Source of the DNA: Candidatus Bathyarchaeota archaeon
Lineage (GTDB): Archaea > Thermoproteota > Bathyarchaeia > Bathyarchaeales > Bathycorpusculaceae
Assembly (NCBI GenBank): GCA_963806535.1
Contig: CAWDYC010000004.1
Coordinates: 160,001-224,000 of the forward strand
Direction: 5' to 3'
DNA: 64,000 bases
Shown here: positions 45,025 to 54,780 of the stretch, piece by piece
How positions within the stretch are numbered: the first letter of the stretch is position 1
Layout: each line of letters starts with the position of its first letter
Program-made: the position numbers and the translations under genes
The notes under the pieces: generated by a model
Databases searched by the model: none
What the model was told of the DNA's origin: nothing
What the model saw: only the letters and a program-made list of their open reading frames with translations

Positions 45025-46857
45025 ATGTCAAATGTAGTTACGCATCCACAAACTGATGTCGTGGTTTGCGGATTAGGTCATATGGGTGGTCCAATAGCTG
45101 CAGAGGTTACTGCAGCAGGATACCAAGTTGTTGGAATAGAAAAAGGGCCTTTCTGGGATTTCACCACTGACTGGAGACAAGACAACAAAGACGATGAATG
45201 GGCAATAGCAGTAGAACGTAAGTTTGATCATCCACTTTACATTTCCACTTTTTCACTTCGAAATAATATCAACCAGTTCGCATTGCCAATAAGACGATAC
45301 ACTAAAAATGTACAGTACCATGCGTTAGGTCATGCAGTAGGCGGTGTCGGCACACATTATGGCGGTGGTTTAGGAAGATTTTCACCATGGTCATATCAAC
45401 CAGTTACGATGACGAAGGCGAAATATGGGGATGCTGGGTATGCCACAATTTTAAGTAATGTGAAAGGCGGTACTCCGGACTTAGAAGACTGGCCAGTTAC
45501 GTATGATGAAATGGTTCCCTATTATAATTCTTGGGAGAAAGCCATCGGTGTGGTAGGCAACCAGCAGACTGGTCAAGATCCATTTATACCGAATGCTAGA
45601 TTCCCTATGCCACCTCATCCGACTACACCGTATGCCACAATTTTCAAAAATGCCGTACAAAGCTTAGGATATACTCCTTTTGACACCGTTAGCGGTTTGA
45701 TTAGTGGCGGATACACAAATCAATATGGCATATCAAGGACCGGCTGTGTTTACTGTGGTTGGTGCGCTGCAAAATGCAACTATCCTTGTGAAGTGGGAGC
45801 AAAAAGTAGCTCTCATGTTACAACAATTCCGGCTGCGGTCAAAACTGGCAAATTTGATATGCGCCTAGAATCATACATTTATCGCATTGATACTGATAGC
45901 ACTGGAAAAGCCACTGGAGTTAGATATTATGATGCTTTGGGTCAAGTGCATGTGCAGCCTGCAAAAGTAGTGTTCAACGGATTATGGGGATTTAACATCA
46001 TAAGATCCATGCTTCTATCCGGGATAGGCGTACCATATGACGCAGTGAAACACACGGGGTCTTTAGGAAGAGGGTTAGCAAACGGCTACACTCCTAGTAC
46101 GTCAAGTGCGAGCGTCAAACTAAACGTAGGAGCAAACGCCTATGTAAGTGGAAACGGAGCTGGCGGCGGATACAACATAATGGACCTCAACGAAGTTAAC
46201 CCGAAATTTAGCCACGCAGATGACTTGACTTTTATGGGCGGAGTCAACTTAGGGTTTGGAACTTATTTGGGAAGCGGTCCAAGCACATTTTCCGGTCATT
46301 TGCCTAGTAGAACTAGCTTTGGAAGCGCATGGAAAGCAACCCTCAAAGACGAAAAGTTGATTAAAAACGTTACAGCAACTCTTTCTGGTACAGGACCGAA
46401 TTTACCGCTTCTTGAGAACTACGTGGATTTAGATCCACATTATAATGACATATATGGTGATCCTGCTGCCCGAATCACCTTGGACTGGGATGCAAACACC
46501 TATCGAGTATCAAATTACTTGGTAACCAAAACGAAACTTATCACCGATATTCTCGGCAAGATGGGTGATCCATCAACAGTAAAGGTAAATGCAGTTCCAG
46601 AACTTTCGCAACACGTAGACTGGTGGGGACACCACCAGAGAGGAGGCGCTAGAACAGGCGCAAACCCAGCAACTTCAGTATTCAATAAGTGGATGCAATG
46701 CTGGACCAGCGAAAATTTGTTTGCTGCAGGCGAAATCTGTGACACTTTCGGAGATAACTTAACTGCAGGAACTCATGTTGCAGGAGCTATGGCTTACTTG
46801 GCGGCAGACGGCATAAAGAAATACTTAGCAAGTCCGGGACCACTAATTACTCCATAA
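45025..46857 (+). CDS. GMC-family flavoprotein (gluconate 2-dehydrogenase alpha-like) with Fe-S motif
   Basis: GxG Rossmann fold, GG..THY, DWP.TYDE, CVYCGWC....C, H..GGAR.G. Confidence 0.85.
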   Translation: MSNVVTHPQTDVVVCGLGHMGGPIAAEVTAAGYQVVGIEKGPFWDFTTDWRQDNKDDEWAIAVERKFDHPLYISTFSLRNNINQFALPIRRYTKNVQYHALGHAVGGVGTHYGGGLGRFSPWSYQPVTMTKAKYGDAGYATILSNVKGGTPDLEDWPVTYDEMVPYYNSWEKAIGVVGNQQTGQDPFIPNARFPMPPHPTTPYATIFKNAVQSLGYTPFDTVSGLISGGYTNQYGISRTGCVYCGWCAAKCNYPCEVGAKSSSHVTTIPAAVKTGKFDMRLESYIYRIDTDSTGKATGVRYYDALGQVHVQPAKVVFNGLWGFNIIRSMLLSGIGVPYDAVKHTGSLGRGLANGYTPSTSSASVKLNVGANAYVSGNGAGGGYNIMDLNEVNPKFSHADDLTFMGGVNLGFGTYLGSGPSTFSGHLPSRTSFGSAWKATLKDEKLIKNVTATLSGTGPNLPLLENYVDLDPHYNDIYGDPAARITLDWDANTYRVSNYLVTKTKLITDILGKMGDPSTVKVNAVPELSQHVDWWGHHQRGGARTGANPATSVFNKWMQCWTSENLFAAGEICDTFGDNLTAGTHVAGAMAYLAADGIKKYLASPGPLITP

Positions 46858-46886
46858 ATTTTCTCTTCTATTTTGAGCGCTATTCT

Positions 46887-47468
46887 ATGAGTATAACAAG
46901 CGATGATTTTTGGAAACAATTTAGTAACTTTGTAAGTGTAATTCCAAAACAATATCTAGATACATTATTGATTCTACATCAGAAATTTGAAGGTAAAGAC
47001 ATCAAGTGGGTAGTAAGCGGCGAGTTGGCTGAACTCCTAAGAATAGTTAAAGTTGAACCTGACTGTATAGAAATTGTAACGTCCAAAGCTGATGCTCAAA
47101 AGATTTTTGAATTAGTCCAAGAATTTAAGCCTAGACAAATCGCTTTTCAAACATTATGTCTCTCAAGAAATGCTGAAGTTGATAGAAAAGAGTACCCTGT
47201 TTCTGTAAGAAGCTTCTATTTCGATTTTAACATAACAACTGTTAAAGTTAAGGTTGAAGGGGACTTGCAGTTTAAAGTTGGCGACTGGGAGTGGGGCGAC
47301 GTTTTAGAATTTACTCCCGAATATGTTTACGTCGTAGGCAAAAAAATAGCAGTAACACCTCTCCTAATTGCATCTGATTTATACCAGAGTCTTGGATGGT
47401 TAGATAGGGTCAAAAAAATAAATGATGTCACCCAAAAATTGCATGCCCTAAAAAGACCGGCTAAATAA
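46887..47468 (+). CDS. Hypothetical protein, degenerate nucleotidyltransferase-like
   Basis: WVVSGELA...EPDCIEI resembles GS...DxD with substitutions. Confidence 0.55.
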   Translation: MSITSDDFWKQFSNFVSVIPKQYLDTLLILHQKFEGKDIKWVVSGELAELLRIVKVEPDCIEIVTSKADAQKIFELVQEFKPRQIAFQTLCLSRNAEVDRKEYPVSVRSFYFDFNITTVKVKVEGDLQFKVGDWEWGDVLEFTPEYVYVVGKKIAVTPLLIASDLYQSLGWLDRVKKINDVTQKLHALKRPAK

Positions 47469-48349
47469 AAATGAGCTTGTCAATAATTAGGGCAACCATT
47501 AAGCAGCCCAAGTAGGGCATTGAAGCAACAAACACTTTGAACCCATGAGCTTCGGAAGCGCCAAGTATTAATCCTCGGTTTTGAAAAAGAAACGCTAGCT
47601 CCTGCCGCAAAAGCCACAACCAGATAAACGGTCCCCGTTAAATGTGACAGCGGTAATAGAAATGAGAAAGCAACAGTAAAAACATTCAACAAGAAAACTA
47701 CCTTAGAAGCTTTGCTTATGCCTTCTGTAACAGGTAACATTGGAATTCCAGCATTCTTGTATTCCTTTACCTTTTTGATGGCGAGTCCCCAAAGATGCCC
47801 AGGTGTCCAAAGAAAATCCAGCATTGCAACAAGCAAAGGCATTAAACTTAGTGTGTTTACGGCAGCTGTCCAACCCGAAAGTCCGGCAAAACAACCCGCA
47901 AAACCACCTATGACAACGTTCCAAGGGCTGATGCGTTTTAGCCAAACAGTATAAATGACTAAGTAAAAAACTGTTCCAAGACCAATCATCAAGACAGTCA
48001 GCGTGTTAAAGAATAAGTATGAGAAAACCACGCTTGATGCTATCATTAGTATGCCAAAAGCCATTCCCGTTTTGGGCGAAACGTTTCCTGATGGGATTGC
48101 TCTTTTTGAGGTGCGTGCCATTAGCTTGTCGATGTCTTGGTCGTAGACGCTATTTAGGACGCCGCAACCGCCTGCTGCCAAGTAACCCACGATGCTGAAT
48201 ATTGCCAACTTGAGCAAGTTAACTGTTGGGAAGGCTGCGAGAACAAAGCAGGTGATGCCTACAAGTAAATTTAAGAGGGTAACTTTTGGCTTTGTAAGTT
48301 CAAGATAATTGCTTATTTTTTGTTTCAAGAACCCACAAACCTCTTGCAC
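47461..48349 (-). CDS. ctaB: Protoheme IX farnesyltransferase (heme O synthase)
   Basis: ELTKP, DxDIDxLMxRTxxR.IP, YTVWLKR, WTPGH. Confidence 0.92.
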
Positions 48350-48363
48350 TTTAAACGAAATAC

Positions 48364-48642
48364 TTATCCTCCCATAGCCATTGAAAATGCCGCTGAAATT
48401 CCAAGTAAAGCAATACCTACAATTGCTGCCAAAGGCAAAACAGCAAGTCTCCATGACTCAAAACGCAAATGCTGATAGTATAATGCAATAAAAATTGCTT
48501 TGGCAGAAGAAATTAAAAGTATTGTTAAAGCAAGCAACGAGGCTGCCCCCGGCAATGAACGGGTTACAACTTCCATAATAGTTGCTACTACAAGTCCAAG
48601 CCAAATTCCAACATACAGTTTTATTCCAGGCATATTTTTCAC
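48364..48642 (-). CDS. coxD: Heme-copper oxidase subunit IV
   Basis: KAIFIALYYQHLRFE; three TM helices. Confidence 0.8.
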   Translation of the reverse strand: MKNMPGIKLYVGIWLGLVVATIMEVVTRSLPGAASLLALTILLISSAKAIFIALYYQHLRFESWRLAVLPLAAIVGIALLGISAAFSMAMGG

Positions 48643-49415
48643 CTAAATTAAATAGAATAGTGGAAAAAGAAACATCCAGACAACATCTACAAAATGCCAG
48701 TATAAGCCGACATTCTCGACTCCGGAGTGCTTCGAACTTGTGAATCCTCCACTGAAAGCTCTAATCATAAGGTATGCAACGGCAATCATACCAGCTGCCA
48801 AATGAACAGCATGAACCCCAGTTAGCACATAATATGTTGAGCCAGGTAAGCCGCTGTTTATCGTAAAGCCATTGCGGATAAGTTGAGGCCATTCAATTCC
48901 AAGTTTAATTGCTAGGAATGCTGCACCTAAAGCAAATGCGCTCGCTAACCCAATTTTTAAGCCAGTAGTATTACCCGTTTTTATGGAGTAAAGTGCTAAC
49001 ACCATTGATAAACTGCTTGTAAGTAGAATTATTGTGTTAACCATCCCTAGAATCACGTCATGTGTTTGAGCGGCAATGGGCCATGAGTTGCTGCCTAGTC
49101 GGACATAAACATAAGCTGCGATTAATGATCCGAAAACCAAAATTTCAGAAGTGAGGAAAACCCAAACGCCAATTTTCTCCCCGCCAGAATGTTCAAGCGG
49201 CCAGGTTTCTCCCAATGATCTCTTTTGTCTTGCTGAATTTTTCTTCAGATCCATCTTTGAAAACTTTCAGAAGAGCTACGGCTACTATTATGAGACCTGC
49301 TACGAATAATGGAATGTAAATTACCAGTCCTAAGAAGCAGAATCGCGATTCCTACTGAGATTATAATCGGCATAAAACTGGATTTGCCTTTAGACCCCTC
49401 ATATTCTTCCGTCAT
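48643..49415 (-). CDS. coxC: Heme-copper oxidase subunit III, frameshifted
   Basis: WVFLTSE, NTIILLTSS, TGVHAVH, YWHFVDVVW. Confidence 0.9.
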
Positions 49416-51009
49416 TTTTGGATCTCCTTCTGAAATCTTTGTATTGTCTATTGTACCAGGAAGTTTTTCCGGATCTTCAGTTGACGCTTCCTGATCTGTT
49501 GCTAAGTAGTTGCCTGTCCACTCCATTTCTTTTGCGTTCCATGGATTTGCATTTGCTTCGGATGGTGCCTTCCTGAGGCTAAAAACAAGGTTTAATATGG
49601 CAAGTAAGAATGCAGGTCCAAATATGTACGCGCCAATGGTTGCAGTTAAATTGAGAGATGCCAACCCAGAGGTAATGGTGAAAGTGTCTACTCTTCTGGG
49701 CATATCAATCATAAAGAAGTAGGGGAAATAGAGAATGTTGAAGCCTATGAAAGAGGCTGCAAAAGTGATTATGCCGATTGTTTCGTTGTACATTCGTTTA
49801 GTTATTTTTGGCCACCAATAATAGAGTCCCGCAATAAGCGCAAACAATGTGGTTCCAGCCATAACATAGTGGAAGTGACCTACAACCCAGTAGGTTCCAC
49901 GGAAAGCATAATCTAAAACTGGAAAAGCTTGCAAGAACACCTGTGATTCCGCCAAGAGTTACTGTGAATATGGCTGCTAAACAAAATAGAAAAGGGGTTG
50001 TAATTTTTATTCGGCTTTTATAAAGCGTTAGAACTAAGCCGATTACTACTCCTTCAAACGGAATTGAAATAGCTAGTGTCGTTATTGAGAATGATTGAAG
50101 CAAAGTATAGTTTACGCCAGTCGTAAACATATGGTGCATCCAAACGTCCACACTCAGAAATGTTACTGCTCCAAGCTCAAAAAGAAAAGCTGTTCTTGCG
50201 AACAATCCCCTTTTTGCCGCGGTCATAAAAACTTCAGCAATTATGCCAATTGCGGGTAAAACAACTATGTAAACTTCTGGATGACCGAAGAACCAGAAAA
50301 GAAGATCCCATAAAATGCTTCCACCTACTGTTGAACTAAAGAAGACAGTACCCAAGATCCTGTCGGAGGTCAAAAGTAATGCTCCGGCTGCTAACGTGGG
50401 AAACGCAAAAAGCATCAACGCCATCGTCATCAGTATTGACCAAGTGAAAATCGGAAGCCGTTTCCATGTTACTCCTTTTGCTCTGTTTCTCACGATTGTT
50501 GTGATGAAGTTGATCGAGGACATAGTGACTGAAACAGCTAAAAGGGCTAACGCCAATATGGCAAGTGTTGTTCCGGATTGAGGACTGAATTGTATAGTGT
50601 TTAAAGGTGCATAAAGTGTCCAGCCTGTGTCCGCTCCTCCTCCAGGAAGAAATACTGAACCAACAAGGAGAATGCCGCTGAAAAGATATGTGAAGTAGCT
50701 CATGGCATTCAAACGTGGAAAAGCAAGGTCTTTTGAGCCGATTTGGAGCGGCACGATGTAGTTTGCTAATCCAACGCCGAGAGGAGAAAGAACCCAAAGA
50801 ATCATTAAAAGACCATGTAACGTGACAGTTTCAGAGTATTGAAAGGGACCAAGGAAATTGTTGTTGGGCACAGCAAGCTGTGTTCTCATCATTTCTCCAA
50901 ACGAGCCTGCTACCACTAGGAAACCCACTGCCGTTACAATGTAGAGAATGCCTACTTGCTTGTGGTTGGTGGTGCTTAGCCATTCTTTAAGTGAAAATTT
51001 TAGTTCCAT
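49412..51009 (-). CDS. coxA: Heme-copper oxidase subunit I (A-family, GHPEVY), frameshifted
   Basis: HG, DLAFPRLN, GWTLY, WFFGHPEVY, VWMHH, HFH, MPRR. Confidence 0.93.
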
Positions 51010-51013
51010 TTTT

Positions 51014-51689
51014 TTAGCCTCCTGCTGCGAGTTATTGGCTGTTTGGTTGCTGAGCCATTGGTTAAAAGCAGATGAACTCAGCACTGTCATAGTTGCACCC
51101 ATGTAGGTGTGTCCAGCGACCGCAGAGTTCTTTGCAAACGATTTGGTAATCAAGTGTGCTGTTTCCGTTCACCGATGGTGTCGTAACCCAAATCACATTG
51201 TATCTGCCAGGTATGGCGTCAATGCTTACCCTGTACTGCACCAAGTAAAAGTTATGCATGACATCAGTGCTGGTAACATTAAACATTACGGTCGTGTTTG
51301 CATGGAAGATAAAGTTGCTTTGTTGAATTAGCCCCATTAGGATATTCGAACCTGAAATCCCACTGATAAGCTGTGACTCCTATAACTAAGCTTTGAGAAA
51401 CAGACGGTTCAAATCTAACGTTTGGGCAAATTCTCTCCTGCATTACAGTTAGACTGAACAAGATAATAATTGAGATAGTCGCGAAAATGATTGCATCTCT
51501 TGCCCGGCTTTTGGACAACCCTCTTTCGGGAATAAATCTTGGCTGTCCTTTCTTCTCGCGATATTTTATTGTAAAAACAACCATTGTAACAATAACAACC
51601 GCCAATGCTACTATCGCTATGGCTGCGGCTAGATTGAAGAAGTTGTTCCAATCTATTGCCGAGGATGGCATTGGTTGTGACATGGGCAT
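51014..51689 (-). CDS. coxB: Heme-copper oxidase subunit II with CuA site, frameshifted
   Basis: Two TM helices, QW, DVMH, CKELCG-GHTYM. Confidence 0.88.
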
Positions 51690-52003
51690 AACCTTTTCGA
51701 TTTATGTTAAAAAATCAGAAGAGAAAAGAAAAAGGGCATTTTCTGATTGATGCACTTATCCTTCTTGCTTCATTCTGAATTTTTTCCTAAAGTGATTAAA
51801 TAATACTCGGACGCTTGACTGTTTAAAGTTGTGTGGGTTGCCATTATACAGTCACAAGTTAGCGATTGGCAAAAACGCATAAAATTAGTTGTTCTAAAAT
51901 ATTATCGCAGTAAGAGTATTGCCTCAAATCAGTAACGATGGATTGATTAAGCACCTCGAGGTGAAAAGCTTAATCTATCCTCGAACGAAAGGGCGAACAG
52001 CTA

Positions 52004-53572
52004 ATGGCCAGTATAGAACTCGTCATATCAGCATTTTTGCTTATGACTTTCATAGCTGCGCTTATCTCAATTCGAGTCAAGATACCTTACACTTTAGTTT
52101 TAGTTTTTATCGGTGTCTTGATTAGTATAATTGTAGCTTTTCTTTCTGTTCAGGGAGGCCCGCTTCAGAATCCAATGCAAAGTGTCTCTTTGGAAATTCA
52201 ATCTATTTACAATCAGTTAATCCAAGGAGGTGGCGGCGGTCTCTTCGTAGGTTTAATTGTTCCTCCCTTAATTTTTGAAGCGATGATTCACATCCGAGGA
52301 GGCGACTTGAAGGCGGTAATTAAGCCTTCTTTGGCGCTAGCAACAGTTGGCGTTTTGGTCGCAACTGTAGTTGGAGGCTTGATTTTATGGAAATTTGTTG
52401 GGCTTACACCTTATGTTTCATTCCTATTTGCGGCGTTAATTGCCCCAACAGATGTAGTGACTGTTCTAGAGGTTTTTCGACGCGTGAAAGTACCATCCAA
52501 ACTGTCAACACTTTTGGACACTGAGGCAGCCTTCAACGATGCCACAGCCATTATAATTTTTACCATAATACTCTCGTCTATAGGAATGCAGCAAATAACA
52601 TTGGTTGGTTCATTCTTGAGTTTTGGGTTTACGTTAGGGGCAGGAGTCTTGATTGGCTTGGGTGTTGCTTTTGCTGGTGAAGTCCTATCAAGCTTAATTG
52701 AGGACAGAGTCGCTGAAACCATACTAACAATCGTAGTCGTTTACGGCTCATATGCGCTTGCTGCTGGCATTGGTGCATCTGGACTTATCGCGGTAGCTGT
52801 TGCAGGATTATACTTTGGCAACAATACAATTCGAACTGCAATGGAGCCGGCGACGAGAGAGGCAGTTACAATCTTTTGGCAAATAGCTGCTTTTCTGGGT
52901 AACTCGGTTGCTTTTCTACTCATAGGATTCCAAGCAAACATTATAACTAATTTTCCACAGTCACTTATAATCATAATCGCTGCCTTCGTTGCCGTAACTG
53001 CAGCCAGAGCCGCAACAGTATATCCCACATTTGCTGTCTTCAGAAAAATAGGCGGAAAAATGTCCAGGGTTTGGGCTAATATTGCTATGCTTGGTGGAGT
53101 AAGAGGTGCGCTTTCAATAGCGCTTGCAGCCACAATTACTACTTCAGCAGTAATTTCTCAAACCGACTTACACACAATAAACACTATGGTCTTTGGCGTA
53201 GCTTTCATCTCAATTATGATTCAAGTGCCTCTTTTACTCCGATACGTAAGACGTAAAATGCCTGATACTGATGCTTTTAAAGAAACGGAACTTGATGAGC
53301 AATTTGCCCAAATATCTAAGACTATGGAAGAAGTGCATCGGTTAAAGTCCGAAGGCAAAATCTCTGATAAAGAGTTTAATGAAAGATTAGAAGAAAGTAG
53401 AATGGAAATAGACAAGCTGATGACTAAATCTCATGCTACCCTTGAGACGCGGAAGATTATTCAAGCAAGAGCATCTATTCTCTTTCCTTCTATTCAAAAG
53501 AGGTTCAAACGCAGACAAGAATTAGAAGAAACAAACAAAGAATCAGATCCTGAGAAAAAGGCAGATTCTTAA
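52004..53572 (+). CDS. Na+/H+ antiporter, CPA1 family
   Basis: PPLIFE, APTD, EAAFND, GGVRGA. Confidence 0.9.
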   Translation: MASIELVISAFLLMTFIAALISIRVKIPYTLVLVFIGVLISIIVAFLSVQGGPLQNPMQSVSLEIQSIYNQLIQGGGGGLFVGLIVPPLIFEAMIHIRGGDLKAVIKPSLALATVGVLVATVVGGLILWKFVGLTPYVSFLFAALIAPTDVVTVLEVFRRVKVPSKLSTLLDTEAAFNDATAIIIFTIILSSIGMQQITLVGSFLSFGFTLGAGVLIGLGVAFAGEVLSSLIEDRVAETILTIVVVYGSYALAAGIGASGLIAVAVAGLYFGNNTIRTAMEPATREAVTIFWQIAAFLGNSVAFLLIGFQANIITNFPQSLIIIIAAFVAVTAARAATVYPTFAVFRKIGGKMSRVWANIAMLGGVRGALSIALAATITTSAVISQTDLHTINTMVFGVAFISIMIQVPLLLRYVRRKMPDTDAFKETELDEQFAQISKTMEEVHRLKSEGKISDKEFNERLEESRMEIDKLMTKSHATLETRKIIQARASILFPSIQKRFKRRQELEETNKESDPEKKADS

Positions 53573-53621
53573 GATTTATGGTGAATTTTTTAAAGAAAAG
53601 AACCGAATTATAATTTTGGAG

Positions 53622-54158
53622 TTAAGGAGTTACTATGAAGTTGCCCCACATCCCCAAAGTTACATGTGCATCCAGTTGGCAAATATAGTAGTATGTTCCC
53701 GCTTTGTTCGCCAAAAAAGTCGTTGACCCTTTTTCTCCTGCAAGAACTGGGTTGCCTACTGAAGCAACCTGGGCTTTGCTGAAGGCTAGATTGGTATTTC
53801 CAGAGGTTTTCTGAGTAACTAAAGCCCAATTATGCGGCATGGTTCCTGAATTAGTAAAATCAACCGTGACAGTTGTTCCCGCTTTAACGGTGAATGTTGG
53901 TCCAGGCGAAGTTATGTAACCAGAAGTATTTCCAAATCCATAATTCGATGAACTTAGTTCACCCGCAAAAACGGTTATAGTTACGCTTCCTGCCGAGGGT
54001 GACCCTGAAGATGATGGCGATTCGATTGGCGACGGGGCGCCAGAGTTGCCGATTTGGGTAAGTTGGTATGTGAAAGCACTTGAGATGATAATGATAGCTA
54101 TGATAGCTGCTGCTGCAATGTACCAAGCGGTATTGCTGATTTTTTGAGGTTGACTCAA
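53622..54158 (-). CDS. Membrane-anchored blue-copper cupredoxin (sulfocyanin/halocyanin-like)
   Basis: N-terminal TM, S/P linker, PHN, YYYICQLDAHVTLGM (type 1 Cu ligands H,C,H,M). Confidence 0.88.
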   Translation of the reverse strand: MSQPQKISNTAWYIAAAAIIAIIIISSAFTYQLTQIGNSGAPSPIESPSSSGSPSAGSVTITVFAGELSSSNYGFGNTSGYITSPGPTFTVKAGTTVTVDFTNSGTMPHNWALVTQKTSGNTNLAFSKAQVASVGNPVLAGEKGSTTFLANKAGTYYYICQLDAHVTLGMWGNFIVTP

Positions 54159-54301
54159 ACTATATGTTTCTCCCTAAAAATAAGTCGCTAAAATACTAAA
54201 TTCAAAATAAGAGAAAGCGAGTTTTAACTCTTTTGGTTGCCTAAAACAACCGCATGCTTTAAGTCAGAATATTTATTAGAAAATCACTAATTAAGTAATT
54301 A

Positions 54302-54766
54302 TTGGTTGAAATCTTGTTTTTGTTTAATTTAATTGCTTTGCATGCTGGAACACCAGTGGTTGTTTCCCAAACAACATTAACCGCAATGTTTGTCGTTTTA
54401 GCGATTATTTTGATTGGGATAGGCTTTGGTCGTGTGTCAAAAAATAGAGAAAGTCTTCTTTTGCATAGATGGAGCATGTCAGTTGCTGTTGCGTTGTCCT
54501 TTATGGCAATTCTTTTAGTTATGCTACCAACTGCCTTTAACTTTTATATAGACCCTGACCTGCAGTTTTTCTCGTCCCTTTCTCTCTTCACTTTTATTCA
54601 CTTGGTGATAGGGGTATTCGCTATATCCTTGGGCTTGATTTACGCCTTTGGTGATTTGCCGCAAAAGCTCAGGCGGTGGATGCGTTGGACAGCCATTTTT
54701 TGGGTAGTAAGCCTTGCTTTAGGAACAATAGTGTTTTTAGAAATGTTAGGGTTATTGCCGTTTTAA
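54302..54766 (+). CDS. DUF420-like membrane protein
   Basis: Four TM helices with HRWSM and IH conserved His pattern; next to the oxidase cluster. Confidence 0.55.
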   Translation: MVEILFLFNLIALHAGTPVVVSQTTLTAMFVVLAIILIGIGFGRVSKNRESLLLHRWSMSVAVALSFMAILLVMLPTAFNFYIDPDLQFFSSLSLFTFIHLVIGVFAISLGLIYAFGDLPQKLRRWMRWTAIFWVVSLALGTIVFLEMLGLLPF

Positions 54767-54780
54767 CTATTATTTTCATC

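Noticed and set aside
49412-51009. Calling the oxidase a nitric oxide reductase or quinol oxidase
   Set aside because: The HPEVY Tyr and CuB His pair are retained and subunit II has full CuA ligands, favouring an O2 reductase with a metalloprotein donor
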